Shown here piece by piece: positions 60,062 through 64,000 of a stretch of 64,000 bases of DNA; position 1 is the first letter of the stretch, and the number at the start of each line of letters is the position of its first letter. The DNA lies in the NCBI GenBank assembly GCA_965215515.1, contig OZ244057.1, positions 256,001 to 320,000 on the forward strand, in the 5' to 3' direction. The translations under genes and the position numbers were made by a program. The notes below the pieces were generated by a model that did no database searches, was not told the origin of the DNA, and saw only the letters and a list, made by a program, of their open reading frames with translations. Origin of the DNA: Oligoflexales bacterium (GTDB lineage: Bacteria > Bdellovibrionota_B > Oligoflexia > Oligoflexales > JAPPIL01).

Positions 60062-63000
60062 TTACGAAGAACGATGCACATCCTCCGTCGTCGGCGGGAA
60101 AAAAGAACAGATCACGGGCACGAGGTACAACGTCAACAGCTGCATCACCATCCCTCCCAGAACAGGGATTGCCATCGGTTTCATAACCTCACTGCCCGTC
60201 GCAGTCGACCACATCACAGGCAACAGAGCCAACACTGTCGTCGCCGTCGTCATCAACAGCGGTCGTGCTCGCCGTCCACCCGCTTCGAGAATACAAGCAT
60301 ATAGCTCCTCCCGCGTGTGTGGCTGCCGTGCCCGCAACGTCCGTCGCAGATATGCAACCATTACCACCCCGTTATCGACGGTGATGCCGAATAAAGCGAT
60401 AAAACCTACCCACACCGCTACCGAGAGATTAAAATCACCCACCCACAACAACAGCACCCCCCCGACCATCGCCAGCGGCACGGCACTGCAGACGATCAGG
60501 GCATTGCGTAACCCACCTAGTCCCAAGAAAATAATCAATATATTTATCAACAGCACCAAAGGCACGAGCAACAGCAAACGCTGATTAGCTCGCACTTGGT
60601 TTTCGTACTCACCCGCCCATACCAGTGTGTACCCCCGCGGCAAAGTTACGTGTTGTTCGATATGCTGTTTGGCAGCGGCGACGAAATTCCCTAAACTGCG
60701 TCCTTTGACGTTGAGCAGAACGAGTGCACGCAATATTCCGTTCTCCGAGTGAATCGCCGCGGGTCCCGTTACCACTTCGATCTCCGCGAGTTGCTCGAGT
60801 GGAATATGCTGCCCTGTCGGAGCGGGTACGAGCACCCGTCGCAGTTCGTCGATACGATCGCGCAGTTCCTTTTCGTAGCGCACCCGAATGGGATAGCGGG
60901 CACGTCCCTCGTAAAACTGCCCGATCGGCACACCCCCGATTGCCGTTTGCAAAATCTCCGCTACCGTGCCTGTATTGATACCGAAACGTGCTGCGGCGAC
61001 GCGATCGATGTCGAACTCGATGTAAGGTTTACCACCGATACGTTCCGCATAAACCCCGTAAGCACCCTCGACCTGTGCGACTTCCCGTCCGATCTGTGCC
61101 GCGAGCTCTTCTAGTTTGCGCAAGTTATCGCCAAAAATCTTGATCCCCACCGCCGTCTTGATCCCCGTCGAAATCATCCCGATGCGTGTCTGGATAGGAA
61201 AATCCCACGCGTTAACCAGGCCTGGTACCTGCAGAGCACGGTCAAGTTCGTGCATGATGTCGTAAATACTTTTGCCCTGCCACCGCGCAGAGGGCACGAG
61301 TTTGATCACCGTTTCGATCATCGCCACAGGGGCGGGGTCGAGTGCCGAGTCGGTGCGTCCCAGCTTCCCCACCGCATACGCGACCAGCGGATGTGCGTTG
61401 AGGACACGATCGGTGTAAGCCAACAGTTCCCGCGCTTTGGTCATACTGACATCAGGTGTCGTGACAGGCATGTAGAGAATATCACCCTCGTTCAGTGACG
61501 GCATGAACTCTTTTTGTAAGCTATTAAAAACAAAATAACTGCCTACCAACAGAGGTATGAGTGACAACAAAAACAAGCCGCGGTGGCGCAATAGCCTTTG
61601 CAAAATAAAACGGTAGCTGTTGACGATCGCGAGGCTGAGTTTGTTTTGCTGGTGTGGTCTTAGGCTCCCGCGCAGAAAAAACGCGGCCAGTGCGGGGATA
61701 AGTATCACTGCGACCAGCAGCGAGCCGAGCATTGCGAGTGTCTTTGTCCACGCGAGCGGAGTGAACAGCTTGCCTTCACTGCCTTGCAAGGCAAACACGG
61801 GCAAGAAAGTGACGATCGTCGTCATCACTGCGGTCATGATGGCGGGGGCGACTTCGAGGGCCGCATCGGTGATTATTTGCAGGCGTTGTCGTTTATCGCT
61901 GACGGGCTGAGCTGCCAATCTGGTGTAGATGTTTTCGGTCATGATGATGCCCATATCCACCATGGAGCCGATGGCGATTACCAGTCCTGACAGACTCATG
62001 ACGTTAGAGTCGATGTCTAACAACCACATCAAAATAAAACTAATGCCTGCACCGAACGGTAACGTCAGTGAAACTAACACGGAAGCACGTAGGTGCAACA
62101 AGAACAGCAAAATGACGATGACGGTGATAATTATTTCTTGACCGAGTGCGGTGTACACTGTTGCCAGGGTGTTGTCGATCAGTTCGGTGCGGTCGTAGAA
62201 AGGAACGATGCTGACCCCGTGCGGTAGACCTTTGCTGACCACGGCAAGTCGTTGCTTGACCGCGGTGATGACTGTGTGCGGATTTTCGCCGTAACGCATG
62301 GTAACGACACCGCCGACGCTTGCGATGCCGTTTTTGTCGAGTGCTCCGCGCCGAAAGGCAGGGCCGACACCGACGCGGGCAACGTCCTGGACGCGCACGG
62401 CGACGTTGTTGCGTACCGCGATGACGGCGTTTTCGATGTCTTGCAACGACGTAAAAAAACCTTTGCCCCGTACCACAAACTCACGACTGCCGTCTTCGAT
62501 GACTTCCGCGCCGACATCCATGTTGCTGTTTTTGACGGCTTTGATTAGGGTGCTGAGGTGCACGTCAAAGGCAAAAAGTTTTTTGGGATCGACATCTATT
62601 TGGTACTCTTTAACAAAACCGCCGATGCTGCTGACTTCGCTAACTCCCCGCACACTTTGCAGCAGGTATTTAACATAAAAATCTTGCCACGAACGCAATT
62701 CAGCGAGGGAAAGGGGGTTCGCGGCTGCCGCGTCGTTTTCAATTGTATACCAAAATATCTGCCCTAAACCCGTGGCATCGGGCCCCATTTTGGCGACGGC
62801 CCCTGCGGGCAGGGTGTCACCCGCGCGGGAAAGTTTTTCTAAAATGCGTGCCCGACTCCAATAAAAGTCGACCTCGTCGTCAAAAATCAGGTAGATAGTG
62901 GAAAAGCCGAAGGCCGAAGTGCCGCGTATATCCTTGATCCCAGGGATACCTTGTAACAGCACGCTGAGTGGATAGGTGACCTGTGCCTCGATGTCTTGCG

Positions 63001-63181
63001 GGGAACGTCCGCGCCACGCGGTGAACACAATTTGCTGGTTTTCACCGATGTTGGGGATGGCATCGACACGTGCGTGTTTGAGGCTGAACACCGTCCCCAG
63101 GGCGATAAGCACGAAGGTGATGACAACGATAGCGCGCTGCTTGAGTGCCGCGACGATCAGTTTATTGAGGAGGACGTGCAT
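60062..63181 (-). CDS. cusA: CusA/CzcA heavy-metal efflux RND permease
   Basis: GPDATGLGQI, IAIGSMVD, EGKLFTPLA, MPSLNEGDILYMP, GSEVMKPMA motifs. Confidence 0.92.
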   Translation of the reverse strand: MHVLLNKLIVAALKQRAIVVITFVLIALGTVFSLKHARVDAIPNIGENQQIVFTAWRGRSPQDIEAQVTYPLSVLLQGIPGIKDIRGTSAFGFSTIYLIFDDEVDFYWSRARILEKLSRAGDTLPAGAVAKMGPDATGLGQIFWYTIENDAAAANPLSLAELRSWQDFYVKYLLQSVRGVSEVSSIGGFVKEYQIDVDPKKLFAFDVHLSTLIKAVKNSNMDVGAEVIEDGSREFVVRGKGFFTSLQDIENAVIAVRNNVAVRVQDVARVGVGPAFRRGALDKNGIASVGGVVTMRYGENPHTVITAVKQRLAVVSKGLPHGVSIVPFYDRTELIDNTLATVYTALGQEIIITVIVILLFLLHLRASVLVSLTLPFGAGISFILMWLLDIDSNVMSLSGLVIAIGSMVDMGIIMTENIYTRLAAQPVSDKRQRLQIITDAALEVAPAIMTAVMTTIVTFLPVFALQGSEGKLFTPLAWTKTLAMLGSLLVAVILIPALAAFFLRGSLRPHQQNKLSLAIVNSYRFILQRLLRHRGLFLLSLIPLLVGSYFVFNSLQKEFMPSLNEGDILYMPVTTPDVSMTKARELLAYTDRVLNAHPLVAYAVGKLGRTDSALDPAPVAMIETVIKLVPSARWQGKSIYDIMHELDRALQVPGLVNAWDFPIQTRIGMISTGIKTAVGIKIFGDNLRKLEELAAQIGREVAQVEGAYGVYAERIGGKPYIEFDIDRVAAARFGINTGTVAEILQTAIGGVPIGQFYEGRARYPIRVRYEKELRDRIDELRRVLVPAPTGQHIPLEQLAEIEVVTGPAAIHSENGILRALVLLNVKGRSLGNFVAAAKQHIEQHVTLPRGYTLVWAGEYENQVRANQRLLLLVPLVLLINILIIFLGLGGLRNALIVCSAVPLAMVGGVLLLWVGDFNLSVAVWVGFIALFGITVDNGVVMVAYLRRTLRARQPHTREELYACILEAGGRRARPLLMTTATTVLALLPVMWSTATGSEVMKPMAIPVLGGMVMQLLTLYLVPVICSFFPPTTEDVHRSS

Positions 63182-64000
63182 CGTTACTCATCGTGCGGTA
63201 ACCACCGAACAGCTGTGCCTGTGCGTCGAGCAGAAAATTACCGTCGAGTACTATTTGTTGGTTTTTTTGCAGTCCGCTCGTAACTTCGACGTATCCTCCT
63301 GCTTCGTGGCCTGTTTGAATTATGTGCGCTTGAAATTTTCTCTCGCTCACTTTTATCCACACAACTTTGCGTTTGCCTGTATCGATCATCGCACTGCGCG
63401 GGATGACCAGAGGTGTGCCAGGTAATTCGATGTGCAGGGTGACATCGGCGATCATGCCAGGTTTGAGTTTCCCGCCAGGATTGTCGACTGTAGCACGGAT
63501 TTTGAGTGTGCGGGAAATCGTGTCTAAGGCGGGCGAAATAAAATCAATCTCACCTTGCAAAGCTTGGCCAGGCACGGCGACAAACTGCATCGTTACTTCT
63601 TGCCCGCGGGTGACGAGGCTGGCATCGTGTTCGTAAACGTCGATCTCGACCCAAACGCTCGACAGGTCGTAGAGTTCGAAAAAATTCTGTCCCTCTTTGA
63701 AATATCGTCCTGCTACGGCATGGCGTTTCCTGACTACTCCGCTGACGGGTGAATAGATGGTGACGCGTTCGGGAACTTTGCCTCGCTGTGCCCATTTTTT
63801 GTATTGAAAGGGTCGGATACCCCATAGTCGTAGTTTTTTCTCGGCCTGCTCGAGCATATCCTGCTCGTGAGTGCTGGCGGACTGCTGCAACCCGCGATAG
63901 GCTACGAGGTATTCTTCGCCTGCGGTAAGCAGGGCGGGGCTGTAGAGGGCGAGCACGGCATCGCCGCGCTGTATCTTGCTACCTGTAGACTTGATGTAGA
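63162..64000 (-). CDS. cusB: CusB-like RND periplasmic adaptor, 5'-partial
   Basis: LYSPALL, IYSPVSG, DLSSVWV, LKPGM, GNFLLDA; runs off the window. Confidence 0.85.
   Translation of the reverse strand, partial: YIKSTGSKIQRGDAVLALYSPALLTAGEEYLVAYRGLQQSASTHEQDMLEQAEKKLRLWGIRPFQYKKWAQRGKVPERVTIYSPVSGVVRKRHAVAGRYFKEGQNFFELYDLSSVWVEIDVYEHDASLVTRGQEVTMQFVAVPGQALQGEIDFISPALDTISRTLKIRATVDNPGGKLKPGMIADVTLHIELPGTPLVIPRSAMIDTGKRKVVWIKVSERKFQAHIIQTGHEAGGYVEVTSGLQKNQQIVLDGNFLLDAQAQLFGGYRTMSNDARPPQ

Noticed and set aside
60036..63825. Many plus-strand ORFs opposite cusA/cusB, and similar shadow ORFs elsewhere
   Set aside because: Antisense shadows of well-supported genes, with no recognisable motifs

Overview
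Bacterial chromosomal window with a GC-richer housekeeping backbone interrupted by AT-richer accessory DNA. The gene repertoire suggests a Bdellovibrionota/Oligoflexia-like diderm (inference only). Backbone: tolQ-tolR-tolA-tolB, SGNH hydrolase, tRNA-Gly, an orphan MotA/TolQ gene, two GCS2-family ligases, large NAD-glutamate dehydrogenase, guanine deaminase, LptF/G, serS, mdh, rplS, a frameshifted MqnC-like radical SAM gene, tRNA-Ser and tRNA-Arg, acyl-CoA dehydrogenase, a BspA/DUF285 repeat protein, waaF-like and waaA, EVE, NAD kinase, frameshifted ppiD, cusA/cusB. Accessory regions: (1) a defence island after tRNA-Arg (21.0-27.0 kb) with an MTase fused to restriction-type domains, ASCH, Rpn, a recombinase fragment and a type II R-M pair inside a ~95-bp direct repeat; (2) a surface-modification island (33.9-44.8 kb) with three paralogous GT-C-like genes, a sulfatase-like gene whose 3' end occurs three times, and a mosaic of gene fragments; (3) IS-end scars around orphan secreted-protein genes (46-50 kb and 55-57 kb). 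Most striking signals: near-total absence of CCGG across the window (three sites found by eye), matching the predicted specificity of the R-M pair; a 31-bp IS3-like inverted pair 23.8 kb apart at the outer edges of islands 1 and 2; and module shuffling among the glycosylation paralogs. All family calls are motif recognition by eye, not database searches.
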